From positions 22,740,225 to 22,804,224 of the forward strand of contig CM120640.1 of NCBI GenBank assembly GCA_051362555.1: 64,000 nt of DNA. The letters are read 5' to 3'. A program made the position numbers and the translations under genes. The notes under the pieces were generated by a model that saw only the letters and a list, made by a program, of their open reading frames with translations, was not told where the DNA came from and searched no databases. Positions within the stretch are counted from its first letter, which is position 1. The number at the start of each line of letters is the position of its first letter. Positions 37,818-51,133 of the stretch are shown here, in pieces. The stretch is from Lingula anatina. Lineage: Eukaryota > Animalia > Brachiopoda.

Positions 37818-38901
37818 GCTCAAGAATTTGAACTGAATTTTGTTTGCTTTTTTTTACTAGTCCAAGTATTACTCAGATTGTATAATTGTGGTTTTGCACA
37901 GATTAGATAGCTTTATACTTGGTGGTACTTGTGCATAGATGTGTCTTGACTCAAGAATGGGAACTTTCATTACATGTGAAATCATATTCTGTACCATGGA
38001 AATGTGATTATACTTACCAGTGTGATTTTTTTTTCTGTGCTTAGTGTCATTTTGCTTAAATGTGAGGAATTGGTCAAAATGTGAACTTGTATGTGCAATT
38101 GCATTTAGTACTTACACTTTTTTTTTTTTTTTTTTTGTATTTCCAGTTCATGGATGTGATATTGTGCATAAATGTGTTAATGCTCAGGAATTTAAACTGA
38201 ATTTTTTTATGTGTATATTTTTTATTAGTCATAGTAGTACCTAGAATGATGTTGTGATTTTGTACAAACTTTATATCGGAATTTTGCATTTTCCTGTCCT
38301 TTTACATTTGTAAGAAAGGTATTTGCTTTAGTTCGTTAAGTTGTAATTTTGGTGCTGGGACTGCTACATTTTTTTTATTACTGCTTGCCATAGTGTCAGA
38401 CTCGAGCCCTTCCTGTAGATTTTATGATTGATTTGCCATGTTACTTGTCTTATATACAGCTGAACTGTTTAATTTTAAGTTTTATGAAGTTATATGTAAA
38501 ATTTAATGAGAAATGGGTATATACCAACATCTCCACTGATGCTCAAGGGAATAATAAAATTTAATTTGCCATTTCTGTAATAAGTGCAGTATGTACAATC
38601 CCATTATGTATTTATGTTCTGCAATACCCAGGTGTCTGCAAAAAGAAATATTAAAATGATGATGGTAATAAATGAATGAATGAATAGAAATATGTTGTTC
38701 ACAAATTTTATTTGATCTCATGACACATACCCAAGTTTAAACATTTGAGTAGCGGATGCAAATACATCCAATGATTTTCACATAATTCTAAAGTGCTGCA
38801 AAATGACTTTCGATTGTATATCAATTTGAGATTACAAAAATGAATAACACTATATATGCTTTCTTAAAATTAACAATATTTTAAGTTCCTTACAATTTCT
38901 T

Positions 38902-40741
38902 TTAATCAAATGGTACAACAGAATCACATAGATTTGTTAGTGCACAGCAGACTACAACTATTTTGTCAATTGTAAGAACAGCATCATTCTTTGTTGCTGA
39001 AAAATAATCAATAGGTAACCTTGATTGTAATATAGTATACTTCTGACGAACAACTCCTATGACACGTTCAACATGAATTCTACTATTTGCTATTCTCCTT
39101 GTTTGCTCAACATCGTGTGCTCCTAACTGTGGTTTGCCCTTGGTAAAGGCGGGAATGTACAATTTTGCACACATGCTACCCACACTATCCTGTATATCAA
39201 ACCCCCGATCTGCTAAGACTACATCACCAGGCAAAAGTTTATTGAGTAAACCACAAGTTTCTGTTATGTGCTTATCACTAGCCCTGCCTCCATAGCCATC
39301 TGATATAAAGCTGACAACACCCTGCGGAGTGATACCTATCAAAAACTTTGCTGTATTGCTGTGTTTATAAGCAGACCAGGTCTCATTTCTGGCTTTAAGA
39401 TTGGATGGACATTCCATTGGAATTTCAAAGCAATCTACAATAACAGCAACTTTAGTGTCAAAATGTTCACGAAAACTCATGGGCATTGTTTTTTGAAGTT
39501 GCTCTCTTTCTGGCCAATAAATGAGAGGCAGTGAACAAGCATACAAAACACTCAAGACATTCTGAAATATTCTAGAACCTGTTGAATCAGATATGCCAAA
39601 TCTTACAGCCAAGTCTTTGTTGCCCAGATTTAATCTCAACTTCATGAGCACCAAGATCAACTGCTGAAATTTGTTTAGTATACTTTTGCGTTGAATAATA
39701 ATATCTGGTTCAACGTAATCAAATAAACACTTGAGAATATGGTAATTTTGCAGCCCAGTGTAATATCTAACCAACACATCATCATTTTCAAAAAAAGCCA
39801 TGTCGAATGTACGTTTCTCATTAATTTGTTTCAGTTCTTCGTTTTCTTTTCGCAGTCTATATATTTCAGCATCTTTGGCATCATATAACTTCATGTCATC
39901 ATCTGTTTGACAAGCTGTTCCCGTCTCAGCTGGCAAGGGGTCTTCATGAAGGTCTTCTTGCGGGTCTTCTTGTGGGTCTTCTGGTGTGTCAAGCTCAGGG
40001 GCACTTTGCAATGACAGTAATGTTTCGGCTGCATCTTGCCTCTTCCGCTTCACAGATCTCTGGACTGACCGAGTGTATCTGTCAGAGGCAGACCCAGATA
40101 GCATGCTGTCACTTGGAGAAGTTCTACCCATGTTAACGGTTGGAGCCCAGTCAGGATTCAGATGGTCATACAATGCAGCTGGTTTATCTAGAAGACAAAA
40201 ATATCTATGGGAAAAAAGATAATACATATGTCATATACTGAACCCATGAAAGAATATTTGTGTACTGAAAACGTGAAATGATTTTTGTTTTCTGATTTTT
40301 TTACTGGTAATTACAAGCAATAATCAATTTTCACCATGATTATTTCCAATTAAGGCTATTAATCAATGCAAAATTGATCTGCATGCGGAAATAAAAAGCA
40401 AAAATGGCGTACTATGCACTTGTCAATTATACTTGAAACAGCAAGTACATATCACACAAAATACTTAAAAGAAACGATCAAATATAAACATAACTACATT
40501 GCTTCACATATAACTTACCCATAAAGTGATCCGAACAAACACGAACGTGTTTGTAGCTTGATTCCTTGATATCTGCTCTCCCAATATTCGCAAGCCATTT
40601 TACACGTCTCGCAAGTGAGAGTTCTTTTGTCCTGTCCCCTTGATTGGCAATGACTTTTGGCAGCCTATAGTATGACCTGTTGTTTTCCTTGTTAGCACCA
40701 TGTTTGTTTGAACAGCCATATACGGCACACATCGTCGGCAT
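38902..40741 (-). CDS. THAP-domain + HTH + DDE_Tnp_4 transposase, 2 exons, about 502 aa, copy 1
   Basis: Exon 40741-40519 encodes THAP motifs (CAVYGC..RLP..W..RVCSDHF) and splices GT-AG to 40187-38902 ([16 protein letters not shown]...DLAVRFGIS). The catalytic triad IVDCFE, LADRGF and RIHVERVIG is intact. Confidence 0.93.
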
Positions 40742-40918
40742 TTTAAAGCAAATAGTGAAAATCGACCGGTGCTACCGCTATGTTGCTTCCGACTACCAAT
40801 ATGGCGACGCTAGGACACGCGGGAAAAAGATGACGTCATAATTAGTTCGCTCTTATATATAGAGCGATCTCTCTAGGCGGCCTCGTTTTGGGCTCGCGCC
40901 ATATTGGTAGACCGGAAA

Positions 40919-41110
40919 ATGGCGTCGAGCACGATTAACATGAGGAGAGTTAGGGTGAAAGATACGAAGACAAACGCCGTTTCAAATCAGGAAAACAACT
41001 TTCACAGTTATAAGTTAAGTCTACCTGCACCAGAAAGGAAGAGGTATGAGGACAAGTTGGGCATTATAGACGGTAAAGACCCATATGAAACTACCACATG
41101 GTCAACAGAC
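40919..41110 (+). pseudogene. Truncated ISL2EU accessory ORF, copy 2
   Basis: Identical to 37626-37817. Confidence 0.6.
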
Positions 41111-42194
41111 GCTCAAGAATTTGAACTGAATTTTGTTTGCTTTTTTTTACTAGTCCAAGTATTACTCAGATTGTATAATTGTGGTTTTGCACAGATTAGA
41201 TAGCTTTATACTTGGTGGTACTTGTGCATAGATGTGTCTTGACTCAAGAATGGGAACTTTCATTACATGTGAAATCATATTCTGTACCATGGAAATGTGA
41301 TTATACTTACCAGTGTGATTTTTTTTTCTGTGCTTAGTGTCATTTTGCTTAAATGTGAGGAATTGGTCAAAATGTGAACTTGTATGTGCAATTGCATTTA
41401 GTACTTACACTTTTTTTTTTTTTTTTTTTGTATTTCCAGTTCATGGATGTGATATTGTGCATAAATGTGTTAATGCTCAGGAATTTAAACTGAATTTTTT
41501 TATGTGTATATTTTTTATTAGTCATAGTAGTACCTAGAATGATGTTGTGATTTTGTACAAACTTTATATCGGAATTTTGCATTTTCCTGTCCTTTTACAT
41601 TTGTAAGAAAGGTATTTGCTTTAGTTCGTTAAGTTGTAATTTTGGTGCTGGGACTGCTACATTTTTTTTATTACTGCTTGCCATAGTGTCAGACTCGAGC
41701 CCTTCCTGTAGATTTTATGATTGATTTGCCATGTTACTTGTCTTATATACAGCTGAACTGTTTAATTTTAAGTTTTATGAAGTTATATGTAAAATTTAAT
41801 GAGAAATGGGTATATACCAACATCTCCACTGATGCTCAAGGGAATAATAAAATTTAATTTGCCATTTCTGTAATAAGTGCAGTATGTACAATCCCATTAT
41901 GTATTTATGTTCTGCAATACCCAGGTGTCTGCAAAAAGAAATATTAAAATGATGATGGTAATAAATGAATGAATGAATAGAAATATGTTGTTCACAAATT
42001 TTATTTGATCTCATGACACATACCCAAGTTTAAACATTTGAGTAGCGGATGCAAATACATCCAATGATTTTCACATAATTCTAAAGTGCTGCAAAATGAC
42101 TTTCGATTGTATATCAATTTGAGATTACAAAAATGAATAACACTATATATGCTTTCTTAAAATTAACAATATTTTAAGTTCCTTACAATTTCTT

Positions 42195-44034
42195 TTAATC
42201 AAATGGTACAACAGAATCACATAGATTTGTTAGTGCACAGCAGACTACAACTATTTTGTCAATTGTAAGAACAGCATCATTCTTTGTTGCTGAAAAATAA
42301 TCAATAGGTAACCTTGATTGTAATATAGTATACTTCTGACGAACAACTCCTATGACACGTTCAACATGAATTCTACTATTTGCTATTCTCCTTGTTTGCT
42401 CAACATCGTGTGCTCCTAACTGTGGTTTGCCCTTGGTAAAGGCGGGAATGTACAATTTTGCACACATGCTACCCACACTATCCTGTATATCAAACCCCCG
42501 ATCTGCTAAGACTACATCACCAGGCAAAAGTTTATTGAGTAAACCACAAGTTTCTGTTATGTGCTTATCACTAGCCCTGCCTCCATAGCCATCTGATATA
42601 AAGCTGACAACACCCTGCGGAGTGATACCTATCAAAAACTTTGCTGTATTGCTGTGTTTATAAGCAGACCAGGTCTCATTTCTGGCTTTAAGATTGGATG
42701 GACATTCCATTGGAATTTCAAAGCAATCTACAATAACAGCAACTTTAGTGTCAAAATGTTCACGAAAACTCATGGGCATTGTTTTTTGAAGTTGCTCTCT
42801 TTCTGGCCAATAAATGAGAGGCAGTGAACAAGCATACAAAACACTCAAGACATTCTGAAATATTCTAGAACCTGTTGAATCAGATATGCCAAATCTTACA
42901 GCCAAGTCTTTGTTGCCCAGATTTAATCTCAACTTCATGAGCACCAAGATCAACTGCTGAAATTTGTTTAGTATACTTTTGCGTTGAATAATAATATCTG
43001 GTTCAACGTAATCAAATAAACACTTGAGAATATGGTAATTTTGCAGCCCAGTGTAATATCTAACCAACACATCATCATTTTCAAAAAAAGCCATGTCGAA
43101 TGTACGTTTCTCATTAATTTGTTTCAGTTCTTCGTTTTCTTTTCGCAGTCTATATATTTCAGCATCTTTGGCATCATATAACTTCATGTCATCATCTGTT
43201 TGACAAGCTGTTCCCGTCTCAGCTGGCAAGGGGTCTTCATGAAGGTCTTCTTGCGGGTCTTCTTGTGGGTCTTCTGGTGTGTCAAGCTCAGGGGCACTTT
43301 GCAATGACAGTAATGTTTCGGCTGCATCTTGCCTCTTCCGCTTCACAGATCTCTGGACTGACCGAGTGTATCTGTCAGAGGCAGACCCAGATAGCATGCT
43401 GTCACTTGGAGAAGTTCTACCCATGTTAACGGTTGGAGCCCAGTCAGGATTCAGATGGTCATACAATGCAGCTGGTTTATCTAGAAGACAAAAATATCTA
43501 TGGGAAAAAAGATAATACATATGTCATATACTGAACCCATGAAAGAATATTTGTGTACTGAAAACGTGAAATGATTTTTGTTTTCTGATTTTTTTACTGG
43601 TAATTACAAGCAATAATCAATTTTCACCATGATTATTTCCAATTAAGGCTATTAATCAATGCAAAATTGATCTGCATGCGGAAATAAAAAGCAAAAATGG
43701 CGTACTATGCACTTGTCAATTATACTTGAAACAGCAAGTACATATCACACAAAATACTTAAAAGAAACGATCAAATATAAACATAACTACATTGCTTCAC
43801 ATATAACTTACCCATAAAGTGATCCGAACAAACACGAACGTGTTTGTAGCTTGATTCCTTGATATCTGCTCTCCCAATATTCGCAAGCCATTTTACACGT
43901 CTCGCAAGTGAGAGTTCTTTTGTCCTGTCCCCTTGATTGGCAATGACTTTTGGCAGCCTATAGTATGACCTGTTGTTTTCCTTGTTAGCACCATGTTTGT
44001 TTGAACAGCCATATACGGCACACATCGTCGGCAT
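42195..44034 (-). CDS. THAP-DDE transposase, copy 2
   Basis: Exons 44034-43812 and 43480-42195; same translation as copy 1. Confidence 0.93.
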
Positions 44035-47000
44035 TTTAAAGCAAATAGTGAAAATCGACCGGTGCTACCGCTATGTTGCTTCCGACTACCAATATGGCGA
44101 CGCTAGGACACGCGGGAAAAAGATGACGTCATAATTAGTTCGCTCTATAACTGGAGTGAAGACGTCAGTGAGACTTATACTGAACAAGAATGTAAATTCT
44201 TCGACAATCACATTCGCGAATACTCAGTATTACGATTTTGTGATTTACGCAATATGATAATGTTTGCCAACCCGAGACGTCAATAAACCTGTAATGGCAA
44301 AGCATTCTTAAAACAATATATATATATATTTCCCCTATTGTCAGGCTGGCACATTGTAACTTACCTTGGAGTTAGGTAAATTGCAATAAATGAAGCAACA
44401 GCAGTTGTCACGTCGGTCACGTAGACCAGTGCTTCAATGTCAACACTAAATTTGTACAATATGTTAAGGTTCATGCAATGTAGGCTAACTGCCAGGTCAG
44501 TTGATAGCAGTTGCTCGTGTTCCACAACAGCAGTCAAATATACAACATATGAACTGACTCTTGATAAGAAGAAGAATTTCACCTATTGACGTCAATTTCA
44601 ATAAGCTATTGCTTCCAAGTGTGACGTAATCGGAACCAGGCAAATCGAACGCTCGACGTACGGTAAAATACATATATTTCTCAGAAAGTATTTCTCCTTG
44701 TTTTCCAATATCATTTGATACAAAAAGTTCTTGTTCGTATTGAAGCACTCTTGCAACTACATGTACCTGATAGCTAAATATCCCTCTGAAAATTATTTTT
44801 CCACCTCATGAAGTGGGATATAAATAGTTATACTCTACATGTACGTACCAGTACCTGTATTACGATGCTTGAAGAGGGTGAGAGCGGCTGAATGATCATT
44901 TACTTTCAGGTTTTCGCGTTATCATTGCTAACCCCCCCCCCCCCTCTAATGTCTTAGCAAAATTAATTTTGTGCATCCAACATTGCGTTAACTTACTGCA
45001 TAAAGTTAAACGGACTTGAATACCGAGACCGAAAATTGTGCCAATAAAGAGCCTCGTGTACTTGCGTGTCGCTGTTTCTATCGACCCTATACAACAAAAC
45101 TCGCAGTAACAAAAGTGGCGAGGAACGTGTTTATTTAATAAATATTCCTGTACATTTTGATTCATGCTTCAGAATACTGTATTTAAACTGAATTATGGTG
45201 ATAAATAACTAAGTACACGATAATACTACAAGATACTTCTAAATATTCATTTTCAAAGGCTCAATAAAAATTTTCACATTTCAAAACTTTTAACTACATC
45301 TCAGGAGAACTACACATCTTCCACATGTTATCTTTCAAATAAGGCATCACCAAACAATCATTAATGCAATGCCTACAAAAGATTTAGAGCGCTTAACTTC
45401 CCTTTGGAAAAAAGTGAAGAGGAAAACACCCAGTTTTGGGGCATAAGTAGCAATTTGTTCAAATCTTACAGAAAAAATACAACTAATGATGTCTGATTCA
45501 GGGTATACAGTATAGATACCCAATTTTTTAGCATTAATTTGGATTTAAAAAGGTCAATTAAATTAAAAAGATGCCCAAATTATTAAATCGACCAAAAGCA
45601 TTATCATGCCTACACATTTTAAATTTTAAACAGGCATAAAACATTGTAAAAAAGTTATTTCTTCCTATCTAATTGAAAATACTTTTAAACCAATCCATTA
45701 AATATGTTACAACTGAGAAACTCTCTACCTTTAAGATTGTGGCAAACATACTTGGTAAATTAAAACTCTCTCTATTGTTATATAGTAGTCTTATCACAGC
45801 TAATAAGTCCATAATCACATTTCACCAACAGCTTTGCAAACTTATGAGAGGCATGAAGAGTTGCTGGTTGAAATCAATTGCTGTAGTTAGTTCATATTCA
45901 AATGCTTCTCTTTATGTCGTTCCATAAGTCTTCTAATGAAAAAGATATGAAATATTACATCATCTTTAAGTTTGCCTAATGTAGTGGATACAGCAGTCTG
46001 AAACCAACCAGTCAGTTAAAACAAACTTCCATTTGCAACAAATAAATTCTATATGCAAAAACGTTTTTAATAGCTCTTTTTTTTGTGCCCGCAGCTCTGA
46101 AATTGTTTACCTGCATACAATTAATTATTAATGATTCATACAGACAACCAGTGACCTGATTTCTCTTGAATGGAGGTTGTATTTTTAATGAGCAGTTTTA
46201 AAATGGGAAATAAACCACTAGGCCAATGAACAGACAGTTCCAAGGGTTACATATGGAACAAAGTACAGTACTAAAAACACACACACAAAAAAATGTGGCA
46301 AACAACTCTCCCTGTATCCTAGTGAAAATTATACTATATAATGGCATCATTTGAAAGAAAGTGCCACAATATAGTGAATTAACTTCACATACAAACTGTT
46401 ACAGTGATTAATGATGTTCAACACTGCTTCTCTGAAAATACATGAACCCTTTGTGTACAACATTGTTGGTCTCTTTCAAATATTTTTATCATACATGTAT
46501 CTGATATGTCTTTACTGTCCCTATCAGAAAAAGACTTCCTAAAATTTTACTCTTCATCTATATTGACAGCCCTGCATTTCAGTATACAGAAAATTACTTT
46601 CCTTTTCTAAGTATACTAGTATTGTTAGGGAGATATGTTTCTAACAGACTCTGAAACTCAGGCTGAAGCCCAAAAAAGATTTCTTCAATAATAAAAAAAA
46701 AAAAACCCAACCTGTGAATTAAGAACACTGTCACCGGTATATATAACATTAGCATTACAATGATGCACCAAGTCAATATATTCTTCTTACCTCCTCTATC
46801 ATTCAGAATAAAAATCACATGACAGTGCAGGTATCGTAATTCATCAGCTGAACAATTTCTTAGTGACAATTCCTTTATATAAGATGATTTTCACCTGTAC
46901 TAAGACATGTTTATGTTTGAATAACTCTACAAGCATCGAGTCTGTCTTCTCACTGATGAAACAGGGTTGACCTACACTGAAGTTTAATGCCAAAATGTCT

Positions 47001-47063
47001 TTAAATGTCTAAATGTCTTTCTTGCTAACTTCACCCACTTAACTTATATCAGTCAAGGTGTTC

Positions 47064-50000
47064 TTATGCATCAGAATCATCTGAACTAGTGTCACTTTCA
47101 CTTTCTTCTTCACTGCTGCTGGATGAACTAATAGTCCTGGGGGATCTGTAGTTCTGCATTTTGCTAATAGGTGGCAGTGAATGTGTGCTGGAGGCACCCT
47201 TCCTGTTGATAAAACCATAACTGGGTCCATTGCGTGAAAATGTGTGCATATTTCTGTTAGTTGGCCTTGTGATTCCAGTCAGATTACCACTATTACCATT
47301 CTGACAGGTGCTGCCATCTTTACCATCTCCTTTATTGCCACCACTGGGTGTGGATCCACTGCTACTTAGTGTGCCTGCTGACACTTGCTGCAAGTTTATA
47401 TGGATACATGTACTGTACAAATATTGCATTTAATTCAGTAATACAACACAAATTGAGAAATACATTGACAAATCAAACTTAAAATATGTTCAAATTCAAA
47501 CATTGGCTGCTTTTACAAATGCATTTTACTTTTCATTGCACAGCTGATGAAATAAAGAAAGGTTGCCTTGGACACTTTAATAAAACATACCTCATCTAGG
47601 AGTTTCTCATTCTCTTTCATCAGATGTTCCATATCTTTTTGCCATTCCAGTATTCTAACAAACTTCTGCACATTAGCTATTAGATCCCCTAAAATAAGCA
47701 AAGTGCATTACTTGCAAGTCTTGTTATCTGATAATTAGGGATGGGGAAATTAATTCATAAAAATTTAACAATTTAAGGGAAAAAAACAAAATTCTTAAAA
47801 CCTTGGATCGATTCAACCTTATACAACCAATATTAAAGATGCAGTAAATGTTCTATACATAGAAAAACATGCACACCATTAAAAAAAATTTCACTGCAGC
47901 CTACTGAAGGATATCTACTTCTAAACAGATGACAGAGAATCATATTGGTCTTTGAAGGAAAATTTTAACATAAATTTTATATCTGGTCCTTACCTTCTGA
48001 AACAACATCATTGTTCCTTCTCTTCCTCTTAAAAGGCCCCACAACCTCCCTGTTGAACAGCACTCTGGGGATATAGGACCTGCTGGCATCCACTATACTA
48101 GCAAATGGCTCCACCTAGTGTTTGAATCCAAATTTTGCTGCATCATCATGGTCACATAAATTCGTTCTTTTTCTTTTATTTTTAAATAATATATCAAAAA
48201 TATAATATCTGACAGATTTGAGATTGCTTTATTATATAATTACCTCTACCCTGCCTTAAGGTTAAAAATCATTTGAGAATTCTGCTGTACATGATTTGTT
48301 TTCACAAAGTTCATATCACTGATTTATGTGTCTATTGCACATCTTAAAATGTTTGACAATACCTCTAGAGATGTCCCCAGCACCAATACAAGATCTGCCT
48401 GGGGAAAATCTTTCAGGTAATAATAAAACCTCCTGGGAAGTTCTTCTCCAAAGAACACAATATCAGGTTTAACAATTCCCTGGAATATGAACATATGATT
48501 ATTAAATTTTTCAAAAGTTGGTTTGTGTCTAGAAGTACATTAGGTAACATTAAGTCATTTAAATGCCAACATTATTAAACATGAGTTTTTCAGAACAAAA
48601 AAAAAAATCAACTAGATTGCAGTGTTAGACTACATACCAGACAGTTTGTCTTTTTGCACTTTGGAAGCTTATCAGAGAATATAGCATCCTGAAAGAAAAG
48701 AAAACCATATCCAAAATCAAGATCCACAAACAGCACAGAAGATAATAGATAAAACGGTAAGCAAAATGTTTAACATAGCCAAATAAAATCAATTTGACAA
48801 TCCATAAAATACTGGTAGCTACATTGTACATTCCACATCCATACATATACATAAGATCTTAAATATCAACTTGATATGAACTGGAAATGATGTAAAACAA
48901 ATAATCAATCATCCATCTTTAAACACAGTGAGCAGCTATATGTGTATGTGTACCTTAATCTCATCTCCTCGGTGCTCAAGATTACATCTAATACAGGTGG
49001 CAGTGCTAAATGTACCGTGAGCCTCCACTAGCTTCTCACTAGGAATACCAGCCACTGGAAATTCAAGTGAAAAATATAATAAGATCTTTTAAAAATTTTA
49101 AAGGAGTGATGTGACAGGACCCAGGCCTGTAGCCAGCCATTTCAAAGTGATTTCTTTTCTTCTAAAAAAAGTGAACTTTTTTACTTTGAAATCTTGTATT
49201 CATTATTATTTATAGTTAATTTAGATTCAATCAAGCTCCGAGACACCATCTGCCAGCTGTGGATCTGGCACTGATGAAAAAGACATAGTCAGCACCATTA
49301 GAAAACTTAAAATGACCAACAGTACAAAAAATTATCAAATACATGATGACGTATATATGAAGTAATAGAGAACAGAAAATACATTTAAACTGATCATGAC
49401 GGAGGAAATGTTTCTAAATAAAACCAATATTTACATCTTTCTAGTCCATCAATATTCTGAGTATACATTCTGTGCAGTAGCCCTTTATCATGCAGCAAGC
49501 GCATAAAATAATGGATGTAGTTAGGTCTGTACTTTCCACTAGGGTAGAGTTCTTTGGATAAGGCAAAAAATGGACGTGGATTCATATGGAAGTAATCAAT
49601 ATCAAATATCGCCTCTGGATATGGGATGTTATACTGTTGTAAGTTGTCATATAGGCCTGTTCCTGGGGTCCTGGATAGAATCAATATCAAATACCACTAT
49701 TTATTAGAAACATTATCACAGTTATAAAATGAATGCAACTGGCTTAGAGCATTTGCACCTCTAAATGTTTAAATAAAAATTGTACAGTATATAAACAATG
49801 AAAAAAATCATGAAATTCTAATGTAATGTTTTCTATGATTGAGATTTTATCTTTTATCTCTTACATTATACTATTCCCCTCCCTTCTGCCTTCGAGAATA
49901 AGCAAACTTGTTGAAGTTATAAAATCAGCTTTTTGTTTAATGTATATATTTTTGTAATATCAAAAACCTATTTTCTTACCAACCAAACATTTGTCAACTA

Positions 50001-51133
50001 TCTTCCAAAAACACCTACCTGAAGTCAGGTATCCCACTAGGTGTGCTGATCCCAGCCCCTGCCATCACCACAATGTTCTTAGCCCTGCCTTCCCTGATGT
50101 ATCTGGACACATCCTCCAAGTTATTACAGATGGCACTGGAGGTTGTTACTGAGCCAGTCCTACGCACAGAACCAGTACTATAAACAAGAATAAGCTAATA
50201 ACTAAAAGCAATTAGTAACTAGTATGTATGTGGCATTTTTTTCTGATAATCTCTACATAGCTCCTTCCTGTCCCTGAAAAATGTTAAAATTAAAACAATG
50301 AACAAAGTTGGGTCAAAATAAAAAGAAAATTTGTTCTATCAGAAGGAGTAATATACTTCTATAACAGGTAAAATTATCTGCCATACTTACACAGCAGTTT
50401 TTGTTGGCCTGGGTGGCAGATTCTTCTTCCTCTCCTGTATTGAAAGATTTCTGACTCCATTAGCCAGTCCAACATCAGACTTCACCTTAGGGATAGGAGC
50501 AGGTGAAGATGTAGTCTTTAGTGTGCGTACTTGTGGCTGGCTGGGTTTAGAACTAGTGGATTTTGACCTTGGAGGATGGGGAATGTGAGCTGAAATGTTA
50601 TAAGCTTTCAATGAATGAATTATATTCTATAATCAATATCTGTCAAGAAGGTCTGTTGTAAGGTCAACCCTAATCAACTATCACATATACTACAGTATAT
50701 TCTTTCTTCTTTTGTTAATTTGCCTAATTTCATCTGTTTTCATGTATATACTCCTTAATTTATCTGTTGTCAGTAAATCTGCACAGCCTAGTTACAATGA
50801 TAGGCTAGACAGATGATGCAGTACATGCCTTATGTAATGTTGAACGCTAAATCGATGTACTGAGTACATGTAAGATTTGCGACGGACAAGGGCAGCGATG
50901 GTCAGCTTTATGGTTGAGGTTCCATCACTGCAGTTGTTTACCTGGTAGGCTTTATTACAGTTTAAGAAGGCTAATAACAAGAATAAGTCGTGTTGCTGAT
51001 TTAGACAACAATGTAACAAGTTATATGTTGTGGGTTCGTTTTCACTAGTACACGCATGAAAATAATACATACAGTACTCAGTAGTTGACGATTAGAAATT
51101 GTTCAATTTACCTTTCCTACTAGCAGTTGCCAT
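47064..51133 (-). CDS. SIRT3: Class I sirtuin, SIRT3-like NAD-dependent deacylase, 10 exons, about 475 aa
   Basis: Exons 51133-51112, 50589-50391, 50177-50019, 49670-49435, 49054-48954, 48688-48638, 48479-48363, 48114-47994, 47688-47591, 47387-47064, phase-consistent. Motifs [35 protein letters not shown]....[10 protein letters not shown] and [19 protein letters not shown] and VEPFA favour SIRT3 over SIRT2. Confidence 0.9.

Larger units (their letters stand above)
37568..40853 (-). mobile_element. ISL2EU-type (PIF/Harbinger-IS5 group) DNA transposon, copy 1, 3,286 bp
   Basis: Termini AGAGCGA...TCGCTCT; subterminal inverted motif CGCCATATTGGTAG at 37604-37617 and 40793-40806; AT precedes the left end. 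Encodes a THAP-DDE transposase and a truncated opposite-strand accessory ORF. Confidence 0.9.
40861..44146 (-). mobile_element. ISL2EU-type DNA transposon, copy 2 (head-to-tail duplicate of copy 1)
   Basis: All ORFs are offset by exactly 3,293 bp with identical translations, and the same 19-T homopolymer is present. AT follows at 44147-44148, giving a 2-bp AT TSD around the dimer. Confidence 0.9.

Noticed and set aside
39940-39985. 12-bp coding repeat ([15 protein letters not shown]) in the transposase
   Set aside because: Ordinary slippage repeat in the disordered linker between the THAP and coiled-coil regions.
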